A DNA stretch of 64,000 nucleotides from an uncultured Spirochaetales bacterium (GCA_949283305.1 CASDRU010000016.1:10155-74154); one strand, 5' to 3'; shown: positions 45,025 through 54,864, counted from the stretch's first letter. Numbers and translations are program-made. The notes: generated by a model not told the origin, from the sequence alone.

Positions 45025-46611
45025 TCATACATAATAAGAGAGTATTCTCTCTATTCTTTCCCTGCCGCAAGTCTTCATGAAGCCTGCAAGCTTAGGACCT
45101 CTTTCCTTTCCAATCAGCGCAAGATACACGAGCTTGAAGAATGCAGGATTATCAAGCCCGTTATCCCCTGCGGCCTTATAGATATACTGACTGAATTCCT
45201 TTTCATCTGAAGAATCAAGGTATTCCTTTGCATACTGAAGAAGTTCGGATAGCGCCTTTTTCTCATTCTCTGAAGCTTCAAGGCTTTCGTTCCTTGCCGA
45301 GAGAAGAGACCATCTGAATTCCTCTGGAGCATACTTTCTGATCCAGTTAGATGCACAGACAAGTCTTGCCTTGAGCCTCTCAACCTGCTCACTCTTGACA
45401 TCATCAAGGCTTTCCATGACCTTGGCTATGTCAAAGTCATGAAGCTGAAGAAGATTACAGAGATGACGGAACGGCACCTGGTATCCCTCGCAAGGCGGAA
45501 CTGAATCTGAGACCTGAGAAAGCTCATAGATTCTCTTCTCCTTCTCTCTTCTCTGTTCCTTCACATCCACAAGGCCGAAATAAATCCTTTCAGTAGTATC
45601 GTAATCCTCATATATTTTGAGAACATCAAGGTCATAGGATATTGCGAACTCGGCATTCGGCCTTGTACCTGCAAAAAGATATCTGACGATCTCAGGGGTG
45701 TAGATTTCAAGCACGTCAAAGAGGTCTACAACCTCTCCGCTTGAAGAGCTCATCTTGCCGCCCTTGCCTTTGATCTTTATAAAGTCGTAACGAAGGGAAA
45801 CAGGAGCCTCAGCACCGAAAATCCTGACTACCTTCTTTGAAGTGTCATAAGAGCCGCCCTCTGTCAGGTGATCCTTTCCACCCGGCTCAAAGTCAACGCC
45901 TTCGTACGCCCATCTCATCGGCCAGTCGATGCGCCATGGAAGCTTTGTATTCGGAGTGTTTCTAAAATCTATTGTCTCTTCCCTGTCAAGATCCGTGTCT
46001 CTGTATGTGATTGAATATTCACCGTCATAAGAAAGGACCTTGGTATTATCGCGGTTTGTGAAGCTGGAGAATACAGAGACGGGAAACCAGTCTTCCTCAA
46101 GAGGAGTTGTCCTGTATTCGTCAAGAATCGCCCTGATTTCATCCCTGTGGTCCAGCGCTGTCTTTATGCCATCAGCATAAACATTTTTTCTGTAGCGCTC
46201 TGCCTGATAAAGATACTCAGGATTGATGCCTACAGCAGGAAGAGCCTTCTCAACCCTCACCTCGTTTGCTCTGGCATAGCTTTCCTCTTCTCCGTTAGTG
46301 TCAGGAACTAGTGTTATCGGCTGCCTTAAATATGTCTCAAGCCTCTCTGGATCCTTCATGTTCTTTGGAACCTTTCTGAACACATCATAATCATCCCAGG
46401 AGTAGATGAACCTTACTTTCTTGCCTCTGGCTCTCAGTGCCCTTACAACAAGATCAACTGTGATTATCTCCCTGAAATTTCCAATATGAACAGTGCCTGA
46501 TGGAGTTATTCCGCTTGCACATGTATAGATTTCCTTATCACCTTTTTCCCTAATAATCTTTTCCGCAATCTGGTCCGCCCAGTGGAAAAGCTCTTTCTTT
46601 TCATCGCTCAT
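45025..46611 (-). CDS. lysK: lysyl-tRNA synthetase, class I
   Basis: HIGN motif (GTVHIGNFREI) and KMSSS motif (GKMSSSSGE). Start at MSDEKK (46611). Confidence 0.92.
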   Translation of the reverse strand: MSDEKKELFHWADQIAEKIIREKGDKEIYTCASGITPSGTVHIGNFREIITVDLVVRALRARGKKVRFIYSWDDYDVFRKVPKNMKDPERLETYLRQPITLVPDTNGEEESYARANEVRVEKALPAVGINPEYLYQAERYRKNVYADGIKTALDHRDEIRAILDEYRTTPLEEDWFPVSVFSSFTNRDNTKVLSYDGEYSITYRDTDLDREETIDFRNTPNTKLPWRIDWPMRWAYEGVDFEPGGKDHLTEGGSYDTSKKVVRIFGAEAPVSLRYDFIKIKGKGGKMSSSSGEVVDLFDVLEIYTPEIVRYLFAGTRPNAEFAISYDLDVLKIYEDYDTTERIYFGLVDVKEQRREKEKRIYELSQVSDSVPPCEGYQVPFRHLCNLLQLHDFDIAKVMESLDDVKSEQVERLKARLVCASNWIRKYAPEEFRWSLLSARNESLEASENEKKALSELLQYAKEYLDSSDEKEFSQYIYKAAGDNGLDNPAFFKLVYLALIGKERGPKLAGFMKTCGRERIERILSYYV

Positions 46612-46726
46612 AATTCTTTTCCTAATATTATATGGGATTAACTGCAAAGATTAACTTATCATAAAAAGAATAAGACAGCAAGGTGAGGCATTGCTGAAAG
46701 GGATGAGGCAGAATATAATTTGCTCT

Positions 46727-47290
46727 ATGAAGAAAGCCATCATATCTGCATTGATCTTAATGAGCATGCTCTCTCTCGGTGCAACAGGAGCCTCAATATA
46801 TCTTGAGGAAAGAGCTGAAGAAAACCTGCAGGAAGTCTTTTCATGCCTCTCAAATGACTACAGGAAAGGCACTGTGCTTGAAATCAGGAATAACGAGAGC
46901 GGAAAAAGCGTCCTCGCTATTGTCTCTGGCTCTGCTGAGATGATGGACGGTGTGTCCGTGCTCCTCAATCAGAGAGCTGCATCAGAAATCACTCTGGAAG
47001 GCTATGCGGATGTCAGCATAGCAGTAGCACTCGAAAGCGATGAGGAGGATGAAGAAAGCGGATGGTACAAGGTCTTCATCAAGAGTGTTGCAACAAATGA
47101 AGAAGCTTCTCTCCTGTCAGCTCTGCTTGAAGAGAACGGCATGAAGGCATCAGTAGTGCTCAGAGACGGCCTTATCGACATCTATGTGCGCTACATACCT
47201 CTCTACATGCTCTCAGAGCAGCAGAAGAAGCTTGAGCAGATGGGATTCACCCACACTTACACAAGCATGGATGAAAACCCTTATTCTTGA
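46727..47290 (+). CDS. secreted protein with a C-terminal SPOR-like domain (tentative)
   Basis: Signal peptide. The C-terminal WYKVFIKSV...EEASLLSALLEENGMKASV pattern resembles SPOR. Confidence 0.4.
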   Translation: MKKAIISALILMSMLSLGATGASIYLEERAEENLQEVFSCLSNDYRKGTVLEIRNNESGKSVLAIVSGSAEMMDGVSVLLNQRAASEITLEGYADVSIAVALESDEEDEESGWYKVFIKSVATNEEASLLSALLEENGMKASVVLRDGLIDIYVRYIPLYMLSEQQKKLEQMGFTHTYTSMDENPYS

Positions 47291-48442
47291 TCAGAAATCA
47301 AGGAAGAACGTGAAAGTTGTCGTGAAGTTATCCAGCTCCTTGTCAGTATATTTCTCACCAGTGAATATGTATGCTATCTGATACCCGAGATCAATCATGT
47401 CAAAGAATGAGAGCGTGAACTGGGCACCCACAGAACCAAGGAAATTTGAAGCAGGCAAATCTGTATTGAAATAGTCTCCAGATCCATATCCAAGATCAAG
47501 GAATATGTTTATTCTCGGCATTATTGATGCAATTCCAAGGGCAGGACCGGCAACACGCAGGTCAAGATTGTTGACGAGTGTGAATTCACTGTTATATGAA
47601 TATGTGCTGTATCCTCTGACCTTACGTCCAAGAGATACCGGACCCTGAGCAGAGATAGGTACATGCTTTCCGCTTGTCCAGTTAACGTTGAACCTGTCAA
47701 TCAGGACAAAGGAGACCCACTTGTTCACATCTGTCTCTACCGACCATAAAGTCTTTGCAAAGACAGCATTCAATGTGAGTGAATAATAGTCAGCAAAGCC
47801 ATCAGTGATGCCATGATTCAGGAAATACGGCGCCCATTTTGCTTCTGCATAGACTTCTATGCCATCATTTTCGAAGAGAGTATCCTCCATCATGTTCAGC
47901 GTAAGCCTCAAATTGAAGGCTGTAGTGAATGCGTGAGCATCCCCTGCAAGGTCAGGATAAATCTTTCCGCTGTAATTGGAGCCAAGGAAAGAAGAAACAG
48001 ATCCGTTCTTGCCGCTTTTGAAGCTGTCCCTGTTTATCTCATATTTCATTGCTATGTCAAAGCGCAGGGTCAGAAGATCATCAAGAAAGCCCTGATAGGT
48101 CCTTATCTGATAATCTGTCTGTATGACATCATATGTGAGGAATTTCTCTCTTTCTCTCCAATCTCTTATCTCATCCTCGTTTTCAGGAACTTCTCCAGTT
48201 TCTGGATCCTGGAAAACCTTTCTCTGGACATATCCTCCTCCGACAAGAAGATCGATTTCGGTTGTATTTCCTTCTAAAAACTCATCTTCATAACCTGCTC
48301 CAAGCATTATGTATGTGGGCAGGAATCCGGCAAGGATTTCCGGATGCTGGTTCAAATCAGCAAAGACAAATTTGAAATTTCCTGCAAATGACGGGAAAAC
48401 ACACAGAATAAGTGCAAAAAGCAAGACAAATATTTTCTTCAT
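47291..48442 (-). CDS. outer-membrane beta-barrel-like protein
   Basis: Signal peptide MKKIFVLLFALILCVFPSFA, beta-strand periodicity, C-terminal ...FFLDF. Confidence 0.6.
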   Translation of the reverse strand: MKKIFVLLFALILCVFPSFAGNFKFVFADLNQHPEILAGFLPTYIMLGAGYEDEFLEGNTTEIDLLVGGGYVQRKVFQDPETGEVPENEDEIRDWREREKFLTYDVIQTDYQIRTYQGFLDDLLTLRFDIAMKYEINRDSFKSGKNGSVSSFLGSNYSGKIYPDLAGDAHAFTTAFNLRLTLNMMEDTLFENDGIEVYAEAKWAPYFLNHGITDGFADYYSLTLNAVFAKTLWSVETDVNKWVSFVLIDRFNVNWTSGKHVPISAQGPVSLGRKVRGYSTYSYNSEFTLVNNLDLRVAGPALGIASIMPRINIFLDLGYGSGDYFNTDLPASNFLGSVGAQFTLSFFDMIDLGYQIAYIFTGEKYTDKELDNFTTTFTFFLDF

Positions 48443-48479
48443 ATCTGAATTATCGAAAAAAGAAAGGATGAGGGCAATA

Positions 48480-48866
48480 TCAGTTCCAGAGCTCTGGAAG
48501 AAGTTTTTCAAGCTCCACAGGTCCGTTTTCAAGAAGCACCTGAGTCTTCAGGTTCCTCTTGTCCACCTGGTATATGAATTCCCTGCACCTGCCGCAAGGA
48601 GGCATTATCCTTCCCATATGAGAGAGCGTCACCATCTTGATTATTCTTGACTCAGAATGCGTGAGAGCACTGCTCAGCGCGCTCACTTCTGCACAGTGCC
48701 CCATCGAACATGGCGTATCTATATTGATTCCTACATATATCTTCCCGCTTTCCATCATGATTGCAGATGATACATAGCCGCAGCTTGAGCATTCGCTGAG
48801 CTCTCTTGGATTCAGAGTGTTGGAGGCAGCATCAATTAAGCGGACAAAATCCTTATCAAGTTCCAT
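48480..48866 (-). CDS. cdd: cytidine deaminase
   Basis: HCAEVSAL and PCGRCREF zinc motifs. 128 aa. Confidence 0.9.
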   Translation of the reverse strand: MELDKDFVRLIDAASNTLNPRELSECSSCGYVSSAIMMESGKIYVGINIDTPCSMGHCAEVSALSSALTHSESRIIKMVTLSHMGRIMPPCGRCREFIYQVDKRNLKTQVLLENGPVELEKLLPELWN

Positions 48867-49338
48867 TTTCTTTCTCCAGAATATATATTCCGACCTTTCC
48901 GCTGATGCTCTCTATAGAAAGTCTTAAAATAAGCACGGAAGAAATAGAAAGGTCTATTTCCTTTTCGACTGCAGATGAGGGAACATTGGGGCAATACTTT
49001 TTGCAAAGCTCTCTCAAATACTTTCTCTTCTCCTCCTCAGAGGATACAAAATCGATTTTTCCCTCGACAATCACACTCCTGAAGTCGGTTGCGAATTTCT
49101 CAGGCCGGACAAGATCAGAATCAATTACAGAAAAGCAGGCATAAGGATTTTTTTCTGCTGCTTCAATCTTCCTTCCCTCTTTTGCCGAATGGAAGACAAT
49201 ATGTTTCCCGCACCTGACAAAATTGAGAGGAACAGCATATGGCACAGCGCCGTCAACAAGCGAAAGTGTTCCGCTTGATGCCCTGTCAAGGATGCTGAGA
49301 CAGTCCTTCTCACAAATAGCCTGCTTTGCTCTTCTCAT
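48856..49338 (-). CDS. pyridoxamine 5'-phosphate oxidase-family protein (Nim-like)
   Basis: MRRAKQAI...GTLSLVDGAVPYAVPLNFV...IVFHSAKEGRK pattern. Start at 49338. Confidence 0.7.
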   Translation of the reverse strand: MRRAKQAICEKDCLSILDRASSGTLSLVDGAVPYAVPLNFVRCGKHIVFHSAKEGRKIEAAEKNPYACFSVIDSDLVRPEKFATDFRSVIVEGKIDFVSSEEEKRKYLRELCKKYCPNVPSSAVEKEIDLSISSVLILRLSIESISGKVGIYILEKENGT

Positions 49339-49403
49339 AAGAATATTAAACCCCTTAAAGCATATATTTAACAAGGCAGATAAAGAAGAGAAAAATTAAA
49401 ATT

Positions 49404-49431
49404 TTGTCTTTTCAACATTTAATGATAGAAT
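49404..49431 (+). promoter_or_regulatory. candidate promoter of the purine permease/adenine deaminase operon
   Basis: TTGTCT-16 nt-TAGAAT with TG at the extended -10 position. Confidence 0.4.
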
Positions 49432-49495
49432 ATAAGAGGGTCGTTGACCTTTTACAAACCAAATTTCCTTCATTTGATGGAAAAGAGAGGCGTTT

Positions 49496-50866
49496 ATGGA
49501 TAAATTCTTTCACCTAAAGGAGAATGGCACGAATGTGAAACGTGAGATCGTTGCAGGATTCACCACGTTCTTCACTATGGCCTACATCATCTTCGTAAAC
49601 CCTGACATGCTGAATGAAACTGGCATGAGCTGGGAGGGAGTGTTCTGCGCCACCTGTCTTTCCGCGCTGGTAGGCACACTCATCATGGCACTTTTTGCAA
49701 ATGTACCCTACGCAGTTGCGCCGGGAATGGGGTTAAATGCCCTCTTTACATACACAGTATGTCTTACCGGCGGATTCACATGGCGCGAGGCGCTTGCAAT
49801 GGTATTCATCTGCGGTATCATCAACATCATAATCACTGTCACAAAACTGAGGAAGGCAATTGTAAGAAGCATTCCTGACAGCCTTAAGAACGCAATCGGA
49901 TGCGGTATCGGACTGTTCATTGCATATCTGGGACTCATCAATTCAGGAATAGTCACATTCGGAAGCGGAACACCTGCGATGGCAACATTCAATGTGCCGT
50001 CCGTGCTTCTAACAGTTATCGGAATCATTATCATGGTAGTGCTGATGGTCATGAACGTGAAGGGAGCAATACTGATAGGCATCATTGCCACAACGATAAT
50101 CGGCATTCCTCTCAAAGTCACACAGATACCTACATCCATATTCAGCGGAGCACACACATGGGAAGGTTTCAAGGAAGTGTCTTTTGCCTTCTTCGGCGCA
50201 GACGGTTTTGGAAATCTCTTCTCAAATCCGAAAACCATCCCGTTTGTGATTGTATCAATCTTCAGCATGTCCCTCTCTGATACATTCGACTCAGTCGGAA
50301 CATTCATCGGAACAAGCAAGAAGAGCCATATCTTTGAGGAGGAAGATCTCAATGAAGTAAGCTCCTCAGGCATCAAGACAAAGCTTGACAAGGCACTGGT
50401 AGCAGACAGCTTCGCAACAAGCCTTGGGGCACTCTTTGGAACAAGCAACGCAACGACATATGTTGAAAGCGCATCCGGAATTGCAGCCGGAGGAAGAACA
50501 GGTCTTACTTCCCTGACTACAGCTATCCTCTTCCTGCTATGCCTTCCGTTCAGCGGACTTTTCGGAATGGTGCCAAGTGCAGCAACAGCCCCGGCACTCA
50601 TCATAGTCGGTATCCTCATGGCTGAGCCGTTTGCAGAAATCAACTGGAAAGATATCCAGGAAGCTATACCTGCATTCTTCACTGTGGCCATCATGAGCTT
50701 CACATACGGAATCACAAACGGTATCGCAGCTGGATTCATTATGTACTGCCTGACAAAGATCTTTACAAAGAAGGCAAAGGAGATACACCCAATCATCATA
50801 GGCGCATCCATCCTCTTTGTAATTGACTTCCTTCTTAAGGCACTGCAGGGTGCAGGCATAATCTAA
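49496..50866 (+). CDS. NCS2/AzgA-family purine (adenine/guanine/hypoxanthine) permease
   Basis: 456 aa, about 12-13 TM helices. The N-terminus FFHLKENGTNVKREIVAGFTTFFTMAYIIFVNP is typical of the family. Confidence 0.88.
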   Translation: MDKFFHLKENGTNVKREIVAGFTTFFTMAYIIFVNPDMLNETGMSWEGVFCATCLSALVGTLIMALFANVPYAVAPGMGLNALFTYTVCLTGGFTWREALAMVFICGIINIIITVTKLRKAIVRSIPDSLKNAIGCGIGLFIAYLGLINSGIVTFGSGTPAMATFNVPSVLLTVIGIIIMVVLMVMNVKGAILIGIIATTIIGIPLKVTQIPTSIFSGAHTWEGFKEVSFAFFGADGFGNLFSNPKTIPFVIVSIFSMSLSDTFDSVGTFIGTSKKSHIFEEEDLNEVSSSGIKTKLDKALVADSFATSLGALFGTSNATTYVESASGIAAGGRTGLTSLTTAILFLLCLPFSGLFGMVPSAATAPALIIVGILMAEPFAEINWKDIQEAIPAFFTVAIMSFTYGITNGIAAGFIMYCLTKIFTKKAKEIHPIIIGASILFVIDFLLKALQGAGII

Positions 50867-50914
50867 GGCATGCTTAAGCGGTCCTCATGGGCCGCTCATC
50901 TTTTTGGAGAAGAC

Positions 50915-52654
50915 ATGGAAAAAGAACTTGCAGAAGTGCTGCTTGATGCGGCAAATGGAAGAGAGGAATGTGACCTTGTGATAAAAAATGCAAGGATTGC
51001 TGATGTATATAACCAGGAATTCTTCACCGGCAGTGTATATATAAAGAATGGCTATATTGTCGGATTTGATGATGTTCTGAAGGCAAAAGAGGAAAGAGAT
51101 GCTGAGGGCAGATATCTGATCCCTGGCTTCATAGATGCCCACTGCCATATTGAGAGTTCCCACTTAAGTCCTTCTGAGTATTCAGATGCGGTTGTCCCTA
51201 CAGGATGCACGACTGTAATTGCAGATCCGCATGAAATCTGCAACGTCACAGGACTTGATGGACTTGAGTACATGCTCAAGGCCTCTGAGGATATCCCGCT
51301 TTCTGTCTATTTCATGGTTCCTTCCTGTGTCCCCGCAACGGCCTTTGAGCACTCAGGTGCAGTACTTCTGGCAAGGGACTTGAAAAAATACATGGATGGA
51401 AAAAGAATTCTCGGTCTTGGAGAGATGATGAACTACCCAGGAGTTCTTGCAAAGGATGAAGAAGTCTTGAATAAACTCTCACTATGCTGGAAAAACGGGA
51501 AGAACATTGACGGGCACTGTCCTTCCTTGAGAGGAAAGGAACTTTCTGCATATGTCCTCACAGGAATAAATACCGACCATGAGGCAGAGACAGCAGAAGA
51601 GCTCAGGGAAAAGACCAGAAAAGGAATGTATGTCATGCTCCGTCAGGGCACAGCATGCCAGAATGTAAGGGAGCTGGTAAAAGGAGTTGATGAGAAGAAC
51701 ATATCACGAATACTCTTCTGCACAGATGACAGGCAGCCGCAGTCGATTACAAGGGAAGGAGGGGTCAACTATGGCGTAAGCCTTGCGATAAGAGAAGGCC
51801 TTGACCCTGCACTCGCGATAAGGGCCGCAAGTCTCAATGCCGCACTTTGCTACGGCCTGAGCGACAGAGGAAGCATAGCACCTGGAAAGAGAGCCGACTT
51901 CTTCCTCACATCTGAAGTGGATGACGGAATAAATGCAGAAGATGTGTATATCTCAGGCACTCTTGTCGCATCAGGAAACAGGATAATAAAGAAGGCTAAG
52001 CATACAAAGCCGGAAAATGTGGCAGGGAAGATGGATGTAAAGGATTTCTCAAAAGAGAAGCTGAGACTTACATTAAAGAGCGACTGCGTCCGTATCATAG
52101 ACATCGTAGCCGGAGGTGTTGTCACAAAATGCGGCAAAGCAAAAGTGAAGAGAGATGAAGATGGAGTATGGATACATGATCCAGAAAAAGATATTCTCAA
52201 AATTTCCGTTATCGAACGCCATCACGCAACAGGTCTTGTCTCAAATGCCCTGATTCGTGGCTATGGCCTTAAGCATGGAGCTGTTGCTACATCAATTGCC
52301 CATGATTCTCACAATATCATAGTCGTTGGAGACAATGATGAGGATATGGAGCTTGCCGTGAAAAAGCTTATCGCAACTGGTGGCGGAATAACTATGTTCC
52401 GCGACAGGGAAGAACTTGCAACACATGTTCTTGAGATAGCCGGGCTCATGACCGATGCTACTCTCAGCGAGGTGACTGAATGCCTGGACATGATGCACGA
52501 GAAGGCAGAAAAGGAACTCGGAGTTTCAAAAGACATAGATCCATTCATGACTTTGTGCTTCATGGCACTCCCTGTCATTCCAGCTTTAAAGCTCACGGAC
52601 TCAGGACTCTTTGATGTAAACGCATTCTCATTCGTGCCACTGGAGGCTGACTGA
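50915..52654 (+). CDS. ade: adenine deaminase
   Basis: IDAHCHIESS metal motif. Start placed at MEKEL (GGAGAAG upstream); the alternative ATG is at 50870. Confidence 0.9.
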   Translation: MEKELAEVLLDAANGREECDLVIKNARIADVYNQEFFTGSVYIKNGYIVGFDDVLKAKEERDAEGRYLIPGFIDAHCHIESSHLSPSEYSDAVVPTGCTTVIADPHEICNVTGLDGLEYMLKASEDIPLSVYFMVPSCVPATAFEHSGAVLLARDLKKYMDGKRILGLGEMMNYPGVLAKDEEVLNKLSLCWKNGKNIDGHCPSLRGKELSAYVLTGINTDHEAETAEELREKTRKGMYVMLRQGTACQNVRELVKGVDEKNISRILFCTDDRQPQSITREGGVNYGVSLAIREGLDPALAIRAASLNAALCYGLSDRGSIAPGKRADFFLTSEVDDGINAEDVYISGTLVASGNRIIKKAKHTKPENVAGKMDVKDFSKEKLRLTLKSDCVRIIDIVAGGVVTKCGKAKVKRDEDGVWIHDPEKDILKISVIERHHATGLVSNALIRGYGLKHGAVATSIAHDSHNIIVVGDNDEDMELAVKKLIATGGGITMFRDREELATHVLEIAGLMTDATLSEVTECLDMMHEKAEKELGVSKDIDPFMTLCFMALPVIPALKLTDSGLFDVNAFSFVPLEAD

Positions 52655-53145
52655 TGCATGCATACTATCAATCAGTCTGTGGCAGGATTCTGCTCACTGC
52701 CACAGAGGATTTTCTTACAGGACTCTATTTTGAGAACCAGAAAGGCTATCCTGATCTGTCAGGTTCAGAAGAAGGAGAAAACAGGGTAATAGCAGAGACA
52801 AGACGCTATCTTGATCTCTATTTCTCGGGCAGGGATCCTGATTTTTCTCCTTCCATTCTTGTTGAAGGGTCTGATTTCCACAAGAAGGTATGCTCACTCA
52901 TGCTTGAAATTCCATATGGAACGACAATGACATATAAAGAATTAGCAGACAGAATTGCAAAAGAAAGAGGCATAATGAAAATGTCTGCAAGAGCTGTAGG
53001 AGCTGCTGTCGGCAAAAACAGGATTTCTATAATTATTCCCTGCCACCGCGTAATCGGTTCAAATGGAAATCTCACAGGCTATGCCGGAGGGGTTGAAAGG
53101 AAAAGAAAGCTGCTTGAGCTTGAAGGCATCACCCTGTTTTCATGA
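52654..53145 (+). CDS. ogt: methylated-DNA--protein-cysteine methyltransferase
   Basis: IIIPCHRV active site. Its start overlaps the ade stop (TGATG). Confidence 0.9.
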   Translation: MHAYYQSVCGRILLTATEDFLTGLYFENQKGYPDLSGSEEGENRVIAETRRYLDLYFSGRDPDFSPSILVEGSDFHKKVCSLMLEIPYGTTMTYKELADRIAKERGIMKMSARAVGAAVGKNRISIIIPCHRVIGSNGNLTGYAGGVERKRKLLELEGITLFS

Positions 53146-53820
53146 AAACATTTTTCTGAAGCTGAATGCATCTTTAAATTCAAAAAATCTGTCAAGAACT
53201 CTAGAGCATTTCCCGATTGTCCAGCCGTTTATAAGGGCACAGATAACAGTGCCGGCCTTCACGCCCTCAAAATGCCACAGCCCAAAGAAAATGAATGACA
53301 TTATGATTGCAGTCATGCAGCTCATACAGTCATAGACTGTTTTTGTCTTATTGATGTCAAAGCCATATTCACAAGATATTTCCTTGACAAAAAGCTCATA
53401 CGCCTCCGGCGTAATATATGTTTTGAAAAGCAAAGATACACCAATGGCACATACGGCAAGACCAGAAATATAAAACACAGTCCGTCCTAAAAAAGAAGCA
53501 GAATCAATCAGATTCACAAGATTCAGCATCAGATCCAGAACATTTCCATAGATGAATGCTGTGATGAAAGAAAAGAGAAACTTCTTTTTAAACTGATGCA
53601 GAACCAATGAAAGTATGATAAGTACAAATGCCTGAAAACAATACTCGGCCATACCAAATGAAAACCAGCTTATATATTCTGATGCTTTGAGATAAACAAG
53701 ATAGGCAGGAGCGACAACCATGGACAAACCAAAATCTGCCTTCTCCATCAAGGCAGTGCCCAAAGCCAGAGCAATTATTCCAAATACATAGGCTACTTCT
53801 GTGTAAAACGTTCTTTTCAT
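53140..53820 (-). CDS. polytopic membrane protein (YczE-like, tentative)
   Basis: About 6 TM helices. Start at MKRTFY (53820). Confidence 0.55.
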   Translation of the reverse strand: MKRTFYTEVAYVFGIIALALGTALMEKADFGLSMVVAPAYLVYLKASEYISWFSFGMAEYCFQAFVLIILSLVLHQFKKKFLFSFITAFIYGNVLDLMLNLVNLIDSASFLGRTVFYISGLAVCAIGVSLLFKTYITPEAYELFVKEISCEYGFDINKTKTVYDCMSCMTAIIMSFIFFGLWHFEGVKAGTVICALINGWTIGKCSRVLDRFFEFKDAFSFRKMFS

Positions 53821-53972
53821 AACACTCCACATTAAAGATGACGTTTGATACAGAAACGGCAAAAGATGAAACAAGAAGAAAATACTCTTCCCCATTTAAT
53901 TCTACATCAAAAAGAAGGCTATGCTAATCTCTATTTTTTATGTCTGATACAAATGTCTTTAAACTCTTCATT

Positions 53973-54058
53973 AAAAAGGAGCGGCTCCTTGGATTACCGC
54001 TCCTCGCTTTATAAGAAAAGGTTTTGCATCACCTTTTGCATTTGCTGATGTGTTTGAA
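53973..54058. repeat. tRNA-flank repeat unit, copy A (hairpin + spacer, tRNA part almost gone)
   Basis: Hairpin GGAGCGG-N12-CCGCTCC at 53978-54003. The spacer is about 85% like copy C. Only tttgaac remains of the tRNA end. Confidence 0.75.
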
Positions 54059-54107
54059 CGCTCTTGATGATACAAACGGACGAAACTTTCAGAGGTGGAG
54101 GCTAAAT

Positions 54108-54302
54108 TCAGCAAAAGTGGCTACCTTCAGTCTGCTTTGTATTCAGCTCCTTCGTCTTCGTTACGATTCTCTCGATATTCTATAATATTTCTCTCCGCAT
54201 TGGACGCATTCTAGACAAGGGACATTCTTGATGATGTTTGTATAATCCTACATATGTTGTTGTAGACTCCTTGATCTCTTTTCTGCGGCAATATGAACAC
54301 AT
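54108..54302 (-). pseudogene. decayed YgiT/MqsA-type zinc-finger ORF (tentative)
   Basis: MCSYCRRKEIKESTTTYV in one frame and DYTNIIKNVPCLECVQCGEKYY in the next. A third frame carries NIERIVTKTKEL.... This gives CxxC...CxxC only after repairing two frameshifts. Confidence 0.3.
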
Positions 54303-54329
54303 CCATTTTCTCCTTGCAAAATCCAAACT

Positions 54330-54584
54330 TCAGTAAATGTTCTTGCGATGCCCAATCTTAAGAACAGAGATTATGATTCTCGATTCCTGGATTTCACAGA
54401 TTACCCTGTAATCCCCAACACGATACCGCCATAAACCTCGCATATTCTCGACAAGAGCTTTACCTCTGCTTCTGGGATTCTCAAGCCGTCCGACTTCATC
54501 CATGTAATCAAGAATCCTCTTCTGAATGGTCTTATCGAGCTTTTCGAGCTGCTTTCTCGCCGTTTCGGTGTATTGGATTCTCAT
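54330..54584 (-). CDS. relE: RelE/ParE-family toxin
   Basis: 84 aa with ...LWRYRVGDYRVICEIQESRIIISVLKIGHRKNIY. 4-nt overlap with the antitoxin gene. Confidence 0.88.
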   Translation of the reverse strand: MRIQYTETARKQLEKLDKTIQKRILDYMDEVGRLENPRSRGKALVENMRGLWRYRVGDYRVICEIQESRIIISVLKIGHRKNIY

Positions 54585-54814
54585 AGACCGAGCTCTTTCC
54601 TGATTTCATCGGATGAATAGGTCTTTTCCTTTCCTGCTCTGACTCTTTCACTTATGTCTACAGCATCATAGATATCTTCTATCTCGGAGAGGTAATCCTC
54701 AAGAAGGACATTGTAATAGAAACCAGAGCTACGCCTTGTTCTCTTGGCAAGATTGTCGACACGCTCTTTCAATTCTGGTGTAGTCCGAAATGTTACAGTT
54801 GATGTCAATGCCAT
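54581..54814 (-). CDS. ribbon-helix-helix (CopG/RelB-type) antitoxin
   Basis: MALTSTVTFRTTPELKERVDNLAKR... RHH N-terminus. Start at 54814 with GAGAGGAG upstream. Confidence 0.8.
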   Translation of the reverse strand: MALTSTVTFRTTPELKERVDNLAKRTRRSSGFYYNVLLEDYLSEIEDIYDAVDISERVRAGKEKTYSSDEIRKELGL

Positions 54815-54835
54815 ATCATTCTCCTCTCTATTTAG

Positions 54836-54864
54836 AATGTAATACATAGTTTGCATTGTGTCAA
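54836..54864 (-). promoter_or_regulatory. candidate promoter of the RHH/RelE operon
   Basis: On the minus strand TTGACA-17 nt-TACATT, flanked by imperfect inverted repeats AGAATACAT / ATGTATT..CT. Confidence 0.5.

Noticed and set aside
49432-49495. Purine riboswitch in the leader of the purine permease/adenine deaminase operon
   Set aside because: The ~65-nt leader is too short, and I cannot find the conserved three-way-junction core of purine riboswitches. Only two small hairpins are present (GGTC-GTT-GACC, and TTTCC...GGAAA). Another small motif cannot be excluded without a covariance-model scan.
49708-50859. 383-aa ORF antisense to the purine permease gene
   Set aside because: It lies entirely inside a well-supported NCS2 permease ORF on the other strand. 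Its sequence is low-complexity (P/A/S/I-rich) with no motif. This is a typical shadow ORF.
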